NCBI GenBank assembly: GCA_951406725.2 | Contig: OX597822.1 | Location: forward strand, 57,288,001-57,352,000 | Direction: 5' to 3' | Source of the DNA: Octopus vulgaris | Taxonomy: Eukaryota | Length of the DNA: 64,000 nt | Made by a program: the position numbers and the translations under genes | Shown: positions 13,506-26,050 of the stretch, piece after piece | Layout of the letters: each line of letters begins with the position of its first letter | Numbering within the stretch: the first letter of the stretch is position 1 | Notes under the pieces: generated by a model | What the model saw: only the letters and a program-made list of their open reading frames with translations | Databases searched by the model: none | What the model was told of the DNA's origin: nothing

Positions 13506-14247
13506 GTATGAATAGATTATCACGTAATCCACGGCATTAATTGAAAAAAATTTACACTCTTCTAAGAACTTAGCACTATTCATTTCTTAGCTGCCAGTAA
13601 CACCATACTAACGGTCACTACTCATTCCGTAAACCCAATGAAACCATAAACTGTATACACAAACAATTTATCCACCCGAGGATCATTATTAAAACTTCAG
13701 TCAGGTATGGATTACTTATACTAACAAGCAGCTTTGCAAATGATCGTTAAGAATTCTTCCATATATTATAAGATAGCTCTATATAGAAGATGATTTTATT
13801 GAAAATTTTATTACATTGAACCGTAAGAATAGAAATGAAATATTTGTTTTGTTCGATCCACCGCAAAAACATAAATGTAGTTATCCCAATACATAATTTT
13901 TCCTATAGCATTAGCAATCCTGAATCATTAACAAAACATATTCAAATTAAGATTCTTCTTTTTCTTTATTTTTCTATATCATTTCAGTATATGAAAGACA
14001 ATTTAATACATAAACAGCTATACATCCTCCGGTTTAATCCGATTTCAGTTGAGAAAAAGCTATTCATGTGCATAATAACAACATTGTTTTCATAGTCAAA
14101 TAAGGGATTTCTAAAGTATAGCTATCAAACATATTGAACAATAAGACTCGCTTAAAACTCTGCAATTTTTATTGTGACATCAATTATTTGAGGGTAGAAC
14201 AAATAGATTACTGTTTTACATTCATGATAGAGACAGATATTGCATAG

Positions 14248-14310
<63 letters not shown>

Positions 14311-14376
14311 ATATTATAGACAATCATATATATACATCCACATTCACACATATGCATACGCACACAAACACATACG

Positions 14377-14430
<54 letters not shown>

Positions 14431-14605
14431 GGGGTACGCCTACGTACGCGCGCGTGTGCGCTCGAATTTTTGTGAGATTGCTACTGCGATACAGTAACAG
14501 GAAGATATTTCAACAAAAGAGCCAACACTTAAAATAATTCGTTTTACGTATGTATAAATTGCAATGATTTCCATGCGTTTCCTATTGTTCAACGCGTTTT
14601 GTAAG

Positions 14606-14688
<83 letters not shown>

Positions 14689-14889
14689 GGACATATACAT
14701 ATGTAAAAGAGACGGACGAGTCAACAATAAATCTACGGGAGGAGTTACGTTTGTTTTATCAGAAGACTTCAGACAAGATCTAATGAAATAAATAAAGTTC
14801 TGATAAAATAGAATAAAGTAAAGAAATTCCCCTTCACCACTAACATGCGAGCTTATTACACGGGGACCAATGTGTAGAACAGTTTTCAA

Positions 14890-15959
14890 CCTGGATCCTC
14901 CAACTAGGAAAAGGGAAAGTATCATTTGATGGGAATGGTGCTATCAATTTGGCTAATATTGCTACCATGATGAATTCCCCAGCTGAATTGAAGAACAGGA
15001 TATTTCAAGACTCAAGTAACAATTATAATTCACATAAATTGTTTGTTCCTTCTGAAGCCATGTCTGGCTCATAAGGGCCGGTTTCCCGGTTTCCTTGGCG
15101 TATAGGTTTCCCACATGAGCGAGATGCCGGTCCGTCGCATGTGAGCTGCAAGATGCAGGAGGAAAGAGTGAGAGAAAGTTGTGGCGGAAGAGTCAGTAGA
15201 AGTTCGCCATTGCCTTCTGCCGGAGCCGCATGAAGCTTAGGTGTTTCGCTCATAAACACACACATCACCCGGTCTGAGATTCGAACACGCGACCCTCGAC
15301 CGCGAGTCAGCTGCTCTAACCACTAGGCCATGTGTCTCCACAATTCACATAAACGGTTGTGTGAAAGGGGAAATTCTTGCTCCAAAAATGAGACAGTAGC
15401 AAGAATTAACTATGAATTAATGAATAAGATTCCAGCAGTCATTAAGGAGTACAAATCAGGTGATTCAGTTCTTGATGAAAAGCAAGCTGTCCATTACCTA
15501 ACAGAGTTCCTTAATTCTCTTGAGCCACCTGGAACTCCTCCATTTAAACTTTTTCTGAAAGTAGGAGTCCTAATAATGCTTCTGAAAAATTTAGATCCTC
15601 CTAAATTATGCAGTGGGACAAGTATGATTATGAAGACATTACCACCTAATGTGATAGAAGCTACCATCATCACTGGATGTACCTTGGAGGTTTCCATTCC
15701 AAGACTTCCAATCAAACCAGCAGACATGCCATTTGAGTTCTAACGAACACAATTCCCATTGCTACTTTACTTCGCAATGTTTATTCATAAAGCCCAATGT
15801 CAGACTTTAAAATCTACTGGCTTGCACTTAATTGAGCCTTGCTTTTCTTGTGCTCAGCTTTATGTTGGTTGCTCCAGGGTTAGTAGTTTGCAAGACTTAT
15901 TTGTCTATGTTCCAAACCAGGAAACAAAGAATGCTGATTATCCAAAAGCTCTTACGTAA
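14890..15959 (+). mobile_element. Helitron RepHel fragment (PIF1-like helicase C-terminus), pseudogenised
   Basis: EFLNSLEPPGTPPFKLFLKVGVLIMLLKNLDPPKLCSGT; IPRLPIKPADMPFEF*RTQFP; AMFIHKAQCQTL; QLYVGCSRV. Confidence 0.92.
15039..15341 (-). mobile_element. tRNA-derived SINE inserted in the Helitron
   Basis: 12-bp TSD aattcacataaa (15027-15038 / 15342-15353); A/B boxes at the head. Confidence 0.88.
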
Positions 15960-16314
15960 TTTCCTTCAACATATGTGATTAAAATATCTCTCTTCATAAA
16001 AGTGGTAAATTTTGTATTTCGTTTTATTATTATTATTCGGTGTATCGGTGTGTGTGTGTGTGTCGGTGTAAATGAAAAAGGGATTTAAAATCCAGGTGAA
16101 TACTTTGCAAGCATTGTGTAGGTATCAAACTTGGCTAACTAATTAATTGTCTTGTGAAAGCAATTGTATTCCATGCTGGTTGTAAAATTTCTTGCCGCTT
16201 CCTGCCCAGTTTCCAAATCCAAACTTCATACACAGAATAAATTTAGTATGAAGTCACAGAGTATAGAAGAAAACACAGAGGAATGGAGAATTATACATTC
16301 TTTAATCAGCTTAC

Positions 16315-16403
16315 GCATGGTTCAGAGAAATTCGCAAATACCAAAATTCTGCATAGCAGTAATCATGCATATTAATCGATCCTATAAGTGATCGATTAAA
16401 ATT
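16315..16403 (-). CDS. candidate 89-nt internal exon, unknown gene (copy B)
   Basis: ttctctctgtctgtag| ... |gtaagc; open frame NFNRSLIGSINMHDYCYAEFWYLRISLNH; homologous to 19186-19274. Confidence 0.4.
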
Positions 16404-17010
16404 CTACAGACAGAGAGAAATTAAGCACCATCCTTTCCTTCTCAAAATTTTTCAACACAATGACGTGAACTGCTCTTTGCTGATTTTTTCCACCTTGACG
16501 AAAATGTCCGTTGTTACAGTAATGTAATACATCTAATAGTTGCATATCCTTGAAGTTTTGCACACTCCATGTGCCAATTATGAACTTTACAATTATTACG
16601 TAATTCCGAGGCGCCAGAAACAACTGTCGAACTTTTAAAACTGTGCCTTCTCCCTTTAGTTTTCTATATTGTTATTTTGTAAATATATAAATATCTATAT
16701 GCTTATACATGAGTGTTCATCTTCGGAATATTTTCAGTTTTTGTTTCCTTTTCTATATATATATGTACCCCTATATATATATATATATATATATATTTAC
16801 ATGTATATATGTATGTATGTATATTTTATAAACCAAGTCCAAGCGTATTTATCTACATCACTATATCTATATCAGCTCACCCGAATTTCTCTTATAACCA
16901 CTCTTTACTCCGCGGGTTTAGTCTTCAATAAAAACTTCAGAATGTAAATTGAAACCATTTGAGAACCGCTATATGTGTTCTACATTGAGCTTCTTTGAAT
17001 CCCAACTGTT

Positions 17011-17054
<44 letters not shown>

Positions 17055-17057
<3 letters not shown>

Positions 17058-17244
17058 AAGGATGACCACTAAGTGTACATCCATTATGCTAGAGGTAGAT
17101 CCCATATGGTCTGACCACTAAGAAAAGATTGTTCTCAAGAAAATTCAGCAAACGCCAGAACGTAATTATATTTTGAATCTTTTCTTTCGTCTTGCTCGCT
17201 TACGTTCTGGCGTTTGCTGAATTTTCTTGAGAACAATCTTTCTT
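17055..17244. mobile_element. hairpin element of the 4480-4790 family
   Basis: Starts at (TA)n; ggatgaccactaagtgtacatcc...atgctaga; arms ~17120-17165 / 17200-17244. Confidence 0.75.
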
Positions 17245-18830
17245 GTATCATCCTTTGAAAGGTAAAATACGAAGTATTTTACCTTTCAATTTCTTCACAT
17301 TGTCCATTCAGCCAGGTCTCTTAAGTTTCTCTACACTTCCGTTTAATTACTCTATCAGCTTTCTACACTTTTTGGATTTCCCGTTTCTGATTTTCTGTCA
17401 CTTACTTATCAATGAAAGGATCTCCTCAGTCGTCCATTTTTTTTCTTTTTCTTTGACAGGATTTCCTAGGCTGTTTTTCATTACTCTCTATGTAATCTCC
17501 TTGCCATTATCAATCAACTGATTAAATCTGTTCTCTACATTGAAGGAATACTTCAACTGCATATCTGTCTTATTCAGCCGTTCAAAATCCAGTTTCTATG
17601 TAGTTCTTACTCTATTCAACTTCTTTCATTTACATTGGAGTGTGTATACCACTGGTACATGGTCGCTCCCACAGTCTGCTGCTGGGTATATTTTTTGCAT
17701 GTTTCCCTGATCTTTTAAATCTGTCATTGATGGAGATATAACCAATCTGATTTCTCGAGATGTCACCAGGGCCCTTCCATGTGCAAATTCTTCTAGGGTG
17801 TTCCTTAAACCCTGTATTCGTAATAATCATATTTTTTGCCTCATACCACCGTATCCATCTCTCACCTCCATTTTTCTTGCTAATTTCGTACTGACCAACA
17901 ACTTAAGCTTCCTGTCCACGAACCACTTTTGCATTCAGGTTTCCTATGTTGATATTAATTTCATCAACCTTACACTAAGACTTGGTTTCTTCCAGGGTGT
18001 CATAGAAGGCATCAGTCTCCTCTTCTGTGTTATCTGCTGCGGATGCATAAACAACTATGATGGAAATGTTAAATGGATGTCCATACAGTCTGACCAGCAA
18101 GACTCTTTCACTTACTGTTCAGTAGCAAAGGGCACATTTCGCCATATCAGGGTATAAAAGTAGTCCTATTCCTTTTTCATGTTTGTTACAACCGGTATAA
18201 ACCATCTTGAAATCATCGATGATGAAGTCATCATTATTCGGCCACCTTGTTTCACTTATGCCCAGGATGTTGATGTTTAGTCTCATCATCTCTTGCTTAA
18301 CATTTTCAAGCTTGCCACTTTGATATAAATTCTCATATTCCAGGCTCCAACTTTGATGGTACTTCTGATGGTACAGTAGTTTTCTGATAGTAGGGACCCA
18401 CCTGTTATTCATGGGATGCCTTACCGGGCGAGGAGCCATCCTCGTTATATAGACAAACCTCCTTCACACCGTTATCTTCCACTATTGAATTGTGACTATT
18501 CACGATTGTTCTTTGAAATTATAAAGAATTTAAGTAGTTTCTCGTTGCCTTCTTCACCGCAGCGTGACGACAGCCTCTAGGGTTACCAGAACGCCTGCCA
18601 CTTATTCAAGATCTGCTGTTGTCCATCACTCAAGGACCGCACTGCTAAAAAGGGGCCTAAACTCACCCTAACACAACAACATCCTTGGAGATAAGCCGTT
18701 TTCAATGATCCAGTTGGTGCAACCCAAACATCATCCAGCCCCCTGTTGCTGCTATGGTTTCTCTTTCATTCGCCTTTTACGACACGCAGAGAGTACGAGA
18801 AATTTGGCACCATCCTATCCTTATCTTAAA
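17245..18830 (-). mobile_element. RTE-clade (BovB-like) LINE 5' part: 5'UTR plus APE endonuclease, decayed
   Basis: LYQSGKLENVKQEMMRLNINILGISETRW...KHEKGIGLLL; NTGFKEHPRRICTWKGPGDISRNQIGYI. Confidence 0.88.
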
Positions 18831-19044
18831 GTCGCTATATTCATTCTAGCTTTGAATAGAATCAAAATAGAAGGTGCAAAGTCTTTATTATTGATAAGTA
18901 ACAAGCACGTATACTAAAACATTTATCACTGCTTCAACATCCTTCTTAGAAATCATTTGAAAAACAAATAAAATCAGACACTGTCTTCAATCCTAGAAAT
19001 ATCAGATGCATGTGAATAACAATTTACAAATGCTATACACGCAT

Positions 19045-19098
<54 letters not shown>

Positions 19099-19185
19099 GC
19101 GCATACATACATACAATGTATATATACATATATATATATATACAAAGTAAAAGAATGGAGAGTTATAAATTTTTTATTAGCTTAC

Positions 19186-19274
19186 GCACATTTCGGATAG
19201 ACTGCCAAATTCCAAAAGTCTGCGATGCAGTAATCATACATATTAATCGATCTAATATTTGATCGATTACGATT
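19186..19274 (-). CDS. candidate 89-nt internal exon, unknown gene (copy A)
   Basis: tttttctgtctgtatag| ... |gtaagc; open frame NRNRSNIRSINMYDYCIADFWNLAVYPKC. Confidence 0.4.
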
Positions 19275-19659
19275 CTATACAGACAGAAAAATTAAACACC
19301 ATCCTATGCAAAGCTTTATCCTCTTCCACATTTCTTGGGATAGCGAACATTTGTAAAGAGATAAACAGTAAAACTAACAATAGTTGACCAGTATAGGGGC
19401 AGGGTGTATCTCAGCAGACCTACTTAGGAATTGTATTAACCAGATCATGCTAGAGTTCTAATACGTAGTTGCTTCTCTCACTCGTCAACTTGAAGAATGT
19501 TAATGGCAAAATTCCTACTCCACTTAAACTTTTACTGACCAATTCAAATGCACAGAAGAGATATGTAGAACAAAGCTAGTCAGCGAATAATTGTCGAAGT
19601 CAAAGAGCAAATGTCATTTGATCAGTATTAATTCTAAATAAAAGCTATGAGTAGAAGGA

Positions 19660-21173
19660 GACAGGTTCAGTTAATATGTATCGTAATGGGAAATGGCCAC
19701 TATATTATTCACTACAGAAGATATTCTATTTCAATAACTCGGACAAACAGCTTCCATTATATTAGTTATCAACACTGCCATCAAGAAATTTGATCCACTA
19801 AAAAATTATAAATACCTTGGAATAAACGAAGGAGATGGTATACATCATGCTACAATGGAGGAAAAAATAAGAAAGAGGTTCTATAGGAGAATAAGACTTG
19901 TACTGAAAACTGAACTCAACTCTAAAACCCTCATCGAAGTTATTAACAGTATGACATTTCCAGTAGTCCAGTACAGTTTTAACATCATTTACAGAATACT
20001 ACGGAACTCCAACGCCTGGACAGGAAGACAAGAAAATTATGAACATCCAAGAACATGCACCGCCCTAAGGCAGACGTAGACCATCAGTCCCTACCTAGAA
20101 GCCGTGGGGGAATAGGAACGATGCAATTAGAACTGTGTTATAAGACCTCCACTATAGGAATGAAGAGGTACTTATCTAGTACAGAGGACTGGATGCTGCA
20201 ACTTGTGTGCGAACATGAACGCAGCAAGTAGTTACACTCTATCATCAAAGAATCTTATAAATTCGAAAGGGAACTGAATTAGATGAGAAGCCTGAAACCA
20301 CTGCTACGAAGCAAACAATACGAATCAAGCAAACTGCAAAACAGAACGAGTAGAAACAGACTGAGAAGCGGTGGAGCAAGAAGACCCTGCATGGACAATA
20401 CATTCTCCGAAGCCAAAATGCTGGTGTAGACCAAGCAACGAGCCATCAGCGGCTGAGGAGTTGAGGAGTAAAAGCAGAGACTGGAGGCTTTATACTGGCA
20501 GCAACAGATCAAAGCTTGCTAACAAGAAATTACCAGGCTAACGTTCTCAAAAACGGTACTGACCCTAAATGCGGATTTTTTAAACTCTACAAAATCGGTA
20601 TATCTGCTTACTGGTATGAACATCATCCTGAGCCAGTCGTTTAAAGTAAAAATGTCACTATCCTCTGGGATTTTCCAGTCAACATTGACAGAACGATCCA
20701 GGCTAATCGACCAAACATAAGTATTAAAGACAGGGAAAAGAAAACTTGTAGACTAATAGATGTAAGTGTTCCCACTGATAAAAATATATCCGACAAGGAA
20801 TTTGACAAACTAAGTAAATATAAGGACCTGGAAATTGAAATATAAAAGATATTGCATCTTAAAGCGAGAACTGTTCTTGTTATTGTCGGTGTCCTAGGTA
20901 TGATAAAAAAAGGGATGTTAGAAACATCTAGATCTTATCCCAGGAGAACCATGTCTCAGAGAAATCCAAAAGATTGTACTGGCAAGTACTAGCCACACCC
21001 TTAGAAAAACCCTATCCATTAAATGTCTGTGTTGTATTACATGAATATATTTCGTTACTTCCCCTCCCCAAGCTTTTAGTCATACTGTAACAACGCTTAT
21101 CCTTTACAAGCCCCAGGGCACTGGATGTGTCTCGGCAAGTCACTGTAACAATCTTACAGATTAAAAGTTAAAT
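19660..21173 (+). mobile_element. R4/Dong-clade LINE 3' half (RT end plus restriction-like endonuclease), decayed
   Basis: YKYLGINE...RRIRLVLKTELNSK; TIQANRPNI...CRLIDVSVP...KLSKYKDLEIEI; ends in (CAA)n(TAA)n. Confidence 0.88.
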
Positions 21174-21194
21174 AACAACAACAACAACAACAAC

Positions 21195-21260
<66 letters not shown>

Positions 21261-21419
21261 CATCCTTTCTACTATAGACACAAGGCTTGAAATTTTGGGG
21301 GAACGGGCTAGTCGATTAAAGTGACCCCAGCGCTGAAATGGTACTTATTTCATCGATCCCGAATGGATGAAAGGCAAAATCGACCTTGACGAAGGTAATG
21401 GACGAAAAGGATGAAGGCA

Positions 21420-21860
21420 AAATTCCTCCAGAACTTTGACTTCAAACCAGACAAGGTATTAGAGCACCGAAGGCAGGATATGGTAACCTTTAGGAGGGAC
21501 AAACGTGGCAGTGACAGGAAATCAACATATCATCATGAAAGAAGGAGAAAGGGTTGATAAATATGGAGACCTGAGAATTGAGATCGCTAAGATGTGGCAG
21601 CTGCGAGAGTCAAAACGTAAAGTTTGTCCTTGTCATCGGAGCATTGGGCTCAATACCACCCAATCTGAAGAAACAGCTGAAAACTTTTGAAATACTCTAC
21701 AATCTAAGAATATTGCAACAGTTGGCATGACTTGGAACTTGACGCATATTGCGCAAAGCCTGAGGTCCTTGTTATGACTTGACAGACAATACAAAACCCC
21801 GGTAGACACAATATCTTAAATCAACATCAACTACCTCACGATATTGGGGACTGTGCGACA
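21420..21860 (+). mobile_element. second R4/Dong-like 3' fragment
   Basis: DFKPDKVLEHRRQDMV...KEGERVDKYGDLRIEIAKMW; followed by (GAA)n(CAA)n. Confidence 0.75.
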
Positions 21861-21931
21861 TCAAGAAGAAGAAGAAGAAGAAGAAGAAGAAGAAGAAGAA
21901 GAAGAAGAAGAAGAAGAAGAAGAAGAAGAAG

Positions 21932-21963
<32 letters not shown>

Positions 21964-22159
21964 CTACAACTACATTAATAATAATTAGAAAATTGAAAAT
22001 AAGTGTATATAAATTTTGTATTCCGAACATACTGTTGTATGTGGCAGAAGCATAGACAGAAGAATACGACAGACATATAGACTTGAAACCTTTTACATGT
22101 ACTGTCTGCACAATATTTGCAACATAAAAATGCCAAGATAAATTATCAAATGTCAAAAT

Positions 22160-22414
22160 CTTTGAAACATACGATATCTATAGTATCAAAAGCATGCTGC
22201 TGAAGATTCAGTACAGATTTGCAGATGTTGTTCGAATGAAAGATGACCACATTCCGAAAATTCTTTTGTATGGCCCACAAGCAGAGGGACACTGTGGTAA
22301 GGTAATACCCGTCCTTATATACAAGGCCAAGTTGAAGGAATCACTAAAGTCTCTACAGCTTAATTTGATATCATGGGAGTGCCATTGTCTAGATCGATCT
22401 GTATGGTGTAAAAT
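22160..22414 (+). mobile_element. RTE LINE C-terminal fragment
   Basis: VVRMKDDHIPKILLYG...YKAKLKESLK...WECHCLDRSVW. Confidence 0.8.
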
Positions 22415-22570
22415 GATCAAATATAGGATCGATTAATATGTATGATTATTGCATCACAGTTGGAATTTACCAATCTATGCGAAATGTGCGTAAGCTAATA
22501 AGGTATTTACAATTCTCCATTCTTTTGCGTGTTCGTGTGTGTGTGCGTGTGCGTGTGCGTGTGTGTCTGT

Positions 22571-22644
<74 letters not shown>

Positions 22645-22825
22645 ATAACATTTGTAAATTGGTATTTACGTATATTTTATATCTCTATGACTGATTTCAT
22701 CTTTGTTCTGTTTTGATTTTGTTTTTCAAATGATTTATAAGAAGGATATTAAAGCATTGATTAATATTTTAGTATACGTGCTCGCTACTTATAAATGATA
22801 AATATTTTGCACCTTCTATTTCCAT
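22415..22825 (+). pseudogene. inverted, truncated, frameshifted third copy of the 89-nt candidate exon with its downstream intron
   Basis: Reverse complement of ~18870-19262, including the (CA)n; exon part 22415-22489 lacks the acceptor and has a 4-nt deletion; gtaagc retained. Confidence 0.5.
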
Positions 22826-22973
22826 CCCATTCAGAACTAGAATGAATATAGCTACTTTGATACGATAATATAGACATAATAAAGAAACCAAAGAAATATA
22901 ACAAACTGAAGGACATAAATAGTTGCGATATTTGAATTACTGAAAATAATACAAATGTAGACAGTGTTATATA

Positions 22974-23025
<52 letters not shown>

Positions 23026-23982
23026 GTTTTCTGTGACACAAATATTCTTTCGTGATACTCTATTCCTATATTTTTTAACAATCTTGCTCATTGTCTGTGC
23101 TATTTCTCCAACCATCCAAACAAACAAAAAAAAATCAGAAGTTTCAATAATTGACAAACCAACTGGGATTCTATATCATGTTCTGATTTTACTTTGATAT
23201 CTATGTTTTGACCAAATCCAATAAAGAATCAGTGAAAAAATTTCCGCTCGCTCCAGTTAGATCTCGAAGTTTTTGATAGACTCTCTGTTGGTTCTCATCT
23301 AGTATTGGTAGAATATTTACCAGCCTTGCCCTTTACAAAATGGGACAAGAACGCAAAACATCCAAATAGACGATACAAAAAACATAGACGGGTCATTCGA
23401 AGCCTTTAATCTTCAGTCAAGAACCGGATCATCATCGTAATTTCGGTTGATTAATCTTAAGATTGCTCCAATCTGGCCAGCTAAGAGCATTAGATTCCTT
23501 GGGAAAAGCATCGAATGTATACGAAATAAGGACGGAAAAACGGACGATGTTACACGAATATAAATACAAAAATAATACAAAAAATAACAAAATAATAATA
23601 CGAATATAAATACAAAAAAAACAATAATAATAACAGGACATAACAACAGGCGTCTTTCGACTGGAGACGAATTGAATTCAGCTGGCAGGGAAAAGAACGA
23701 TGTGACAGTGACTGTGGTCCAACGCAAAAGGGCTAGTAGTCGGCCAACGGTCACGTGAGAAGAGAAGAGAGAGAAAAAGAGGAGCAAAGGAATTAAGGAG
23801 GGGAGAATAGAGAGAAAAAGAGGAAGAAAGGAATTAAGGAGGGGGAGAAGAGAGAGAGAGTGTGTAGACCGAAAAATCAAGAAGTGACGAGAAAAAAGAG
23901 AAAGACAGGAACATAGTGAAGTGCAAAGTAAGAAAGGCAAAGAAATGTGAGATAGGGGGAGAGAGAGTGTTGAAGTCGTACA

Positions 23983-24077
<95 letters not shown>

Positions 24078-24106
24078 CATATATATATGTATATATATTA
24101 TATATT

Positions 24107-24200
<94 letters not shown>

Positions 24201-24250
24201 GCAGTCATCAAAATTGTTATAATGTCTTGTTGTTGAGACAGGTTCTCTTT

Positions 24251-24336
24251 CTTTCCTGATGAGAAGATTGCATTGTTTTGCACCGTTTATTCCTTTGGAA
24301 TAGGGCCAATGTTATCTTCGAAACATATGTCGAAAG
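24251..24336 (+). ncRNA. type I hammerhead ribozyme, intact core
   Basis: CUUUC-CUGAUGA-GAAGAUUGCAUUG...CAAUGUUAUCUUC-GAAAC-AUAU-GUC-GAAAG. Confidence 0.9.
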
Positions 24337-24552
24337 TAAAAGAATTTGAATAACACCTGCGTTCAACTCCCTTTATTTACTTATACTATACAAATTACTG
24401 CACATTAACCCGGAGTTTCTACCTTTGAATAGATCGCCACATCCTTGTTACTTGCGGGAATTTTGCTACCCTGGTAACTGTTTATTGAATTTTCCATGTT
24501 AACTGTAAACAAAGGATAATTTATTCATCCATTTACATACATATATATATAT

Positions 24553-24810
24553 ATAGGTTTAAAAGACAAAATCAACCTCAAGCAACTCAATCATGTTTGA
24601 ATGACATAATCCACAATAGGCACATATAGTTACATATGTACCTACTGTGGATAATGTCATTCAATGATGATTGAGTTGCTTGAGGGTGATTCTATCTTTT
24701 AAACTTATCTCTATATAAATGTATATAATACAGTGAGAAATTCATTTTAGTACCACTAAATTGAACTTCTCTCACCTGTGATCTCGGAAATAACTTCCCT
24801 AATATTAATA
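24553..24810 (+). mobile_element. (TA)n-embedded hairpin element with 3' tail
   Basis: Imperfect arms 24553-24627 / 24632-24708; tail ends ttccctaatattaatata, like the 13227-13310 tail. Confidence 0.78.
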
Positions 24811-24892
24811 TATATGTATATATATACTTTATAATAGGGTTCTACTTGGTGAAATTATTGATTACTGGTTAATTAATTAATTTTACCCTTAT

Positions 24893-24954
<62 letters not shown>

Positions 24955-25049
24955 GGGAGTGAGAGAGAGAGCGAGAGAGAGAGCGAGAGAGAGAGCGAGA
25001 GAGAGAGTGAGAGGGGAGAGGTCACTAAAGTGACTAAGGGTACTAGTTA

Positions 25050-26050
25050 GCACCAGCATTGCTAGAAATAAAAGTCAAAACAAACCTCAGCCATGATAAA
25101 ACACTTATCTTAAGACTGACAAGGGAACAAGCTCCTTAGAGCATGACGAGAGTCAGTCAAAGAATTACCACCTCCAATACATTCCTACGTATTTTACAAA
25201 AACGAACTCCCAACTAATGATGGTATTATTTTGAAAAGATCAAAAATATTAATGCCAATCAGCCGACAAATATTATTAAATCAGTTCCTCTACTCACCAA
25301 GACATTGAAAAGACCATTTTCGGACCATAGGAGCAAAGTTGGGAATCTGAAGAGAAAATTGGAATTAACATAGATATCGAGATTAAGGCTAAGAAATATT
25401 CCACACCTCAAAAATATCTTCCTATACATCTAAAACAAACTTTCAACAGTAAAAGTTCCTAATCTAGCATATGAAGATGTTGGTACAGATCTATTTCATT
25501 TTGGTGGCCGTAAATATTTAATAGTTTTCACTTTGGTGGCCGTAAATATTTAATAGTTTTCACTTTGGTGGCCGTAATTATTTAATAACTGCACTAAATT
25601 TTTTAACACTTGCAAGAAGACAGAACAATGCATAAGTAATATAATCCTGTCAGCAACGAAACAGATATTCTCTGAATAAGATATTCCCAATAACAGGCCA
25701 CTACTATGCGAAGCATACAGAGAATTTGCTCAGCAATGGCAAGTTGACCACGTCATATCATCTCCAAAACTTCCACAATTAAATAGTTTCGTATGAAAAA
25801 TAAATTCGGGCAGTGAAAAAAATCATTAGTTTAGGTAGAATAAGCAGAATAGATTCTGCATTTGATAATGTTATGTCTACAAGCAACGACATTAAGACCC
25901 AACGTACCACGGCCAAGTGAATTGCTCAACAATCGGATTGTGGGAACTAAGCTAATCACAAAAATACCAGCTCAACAGTTTTCCGACCACGATAATGCTG
26001 AGTGTAAGTTAGAATAATGCAATGAACTGCAGAAAATATATCACAACTAA
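25050..26050 (+). mobile_element. Gypsy-type LTR retrotransposon integrase remnant
   Basis: KNELPTNDGIILKRSKILMP; EDVGTDLFHFGGRKYLI; REFAQQWQVDHVISSPKLPQLN; 32-bp unit triplicated at ~25494-25588. Confidence 0.8.

Noticed and set aside
17060-17090. SECIS-like AUGA...GA hairpin in the hairpin family
   Set aside because: The upper helix is only about 4 bp, too short for a SECIS
25494-25588. Three 32-bp direct repeats, CRISPR-like in size
   Set aside because: No spacers; a tandem triplication inside a Gypsy integrase remnant in eukaryotic DNA
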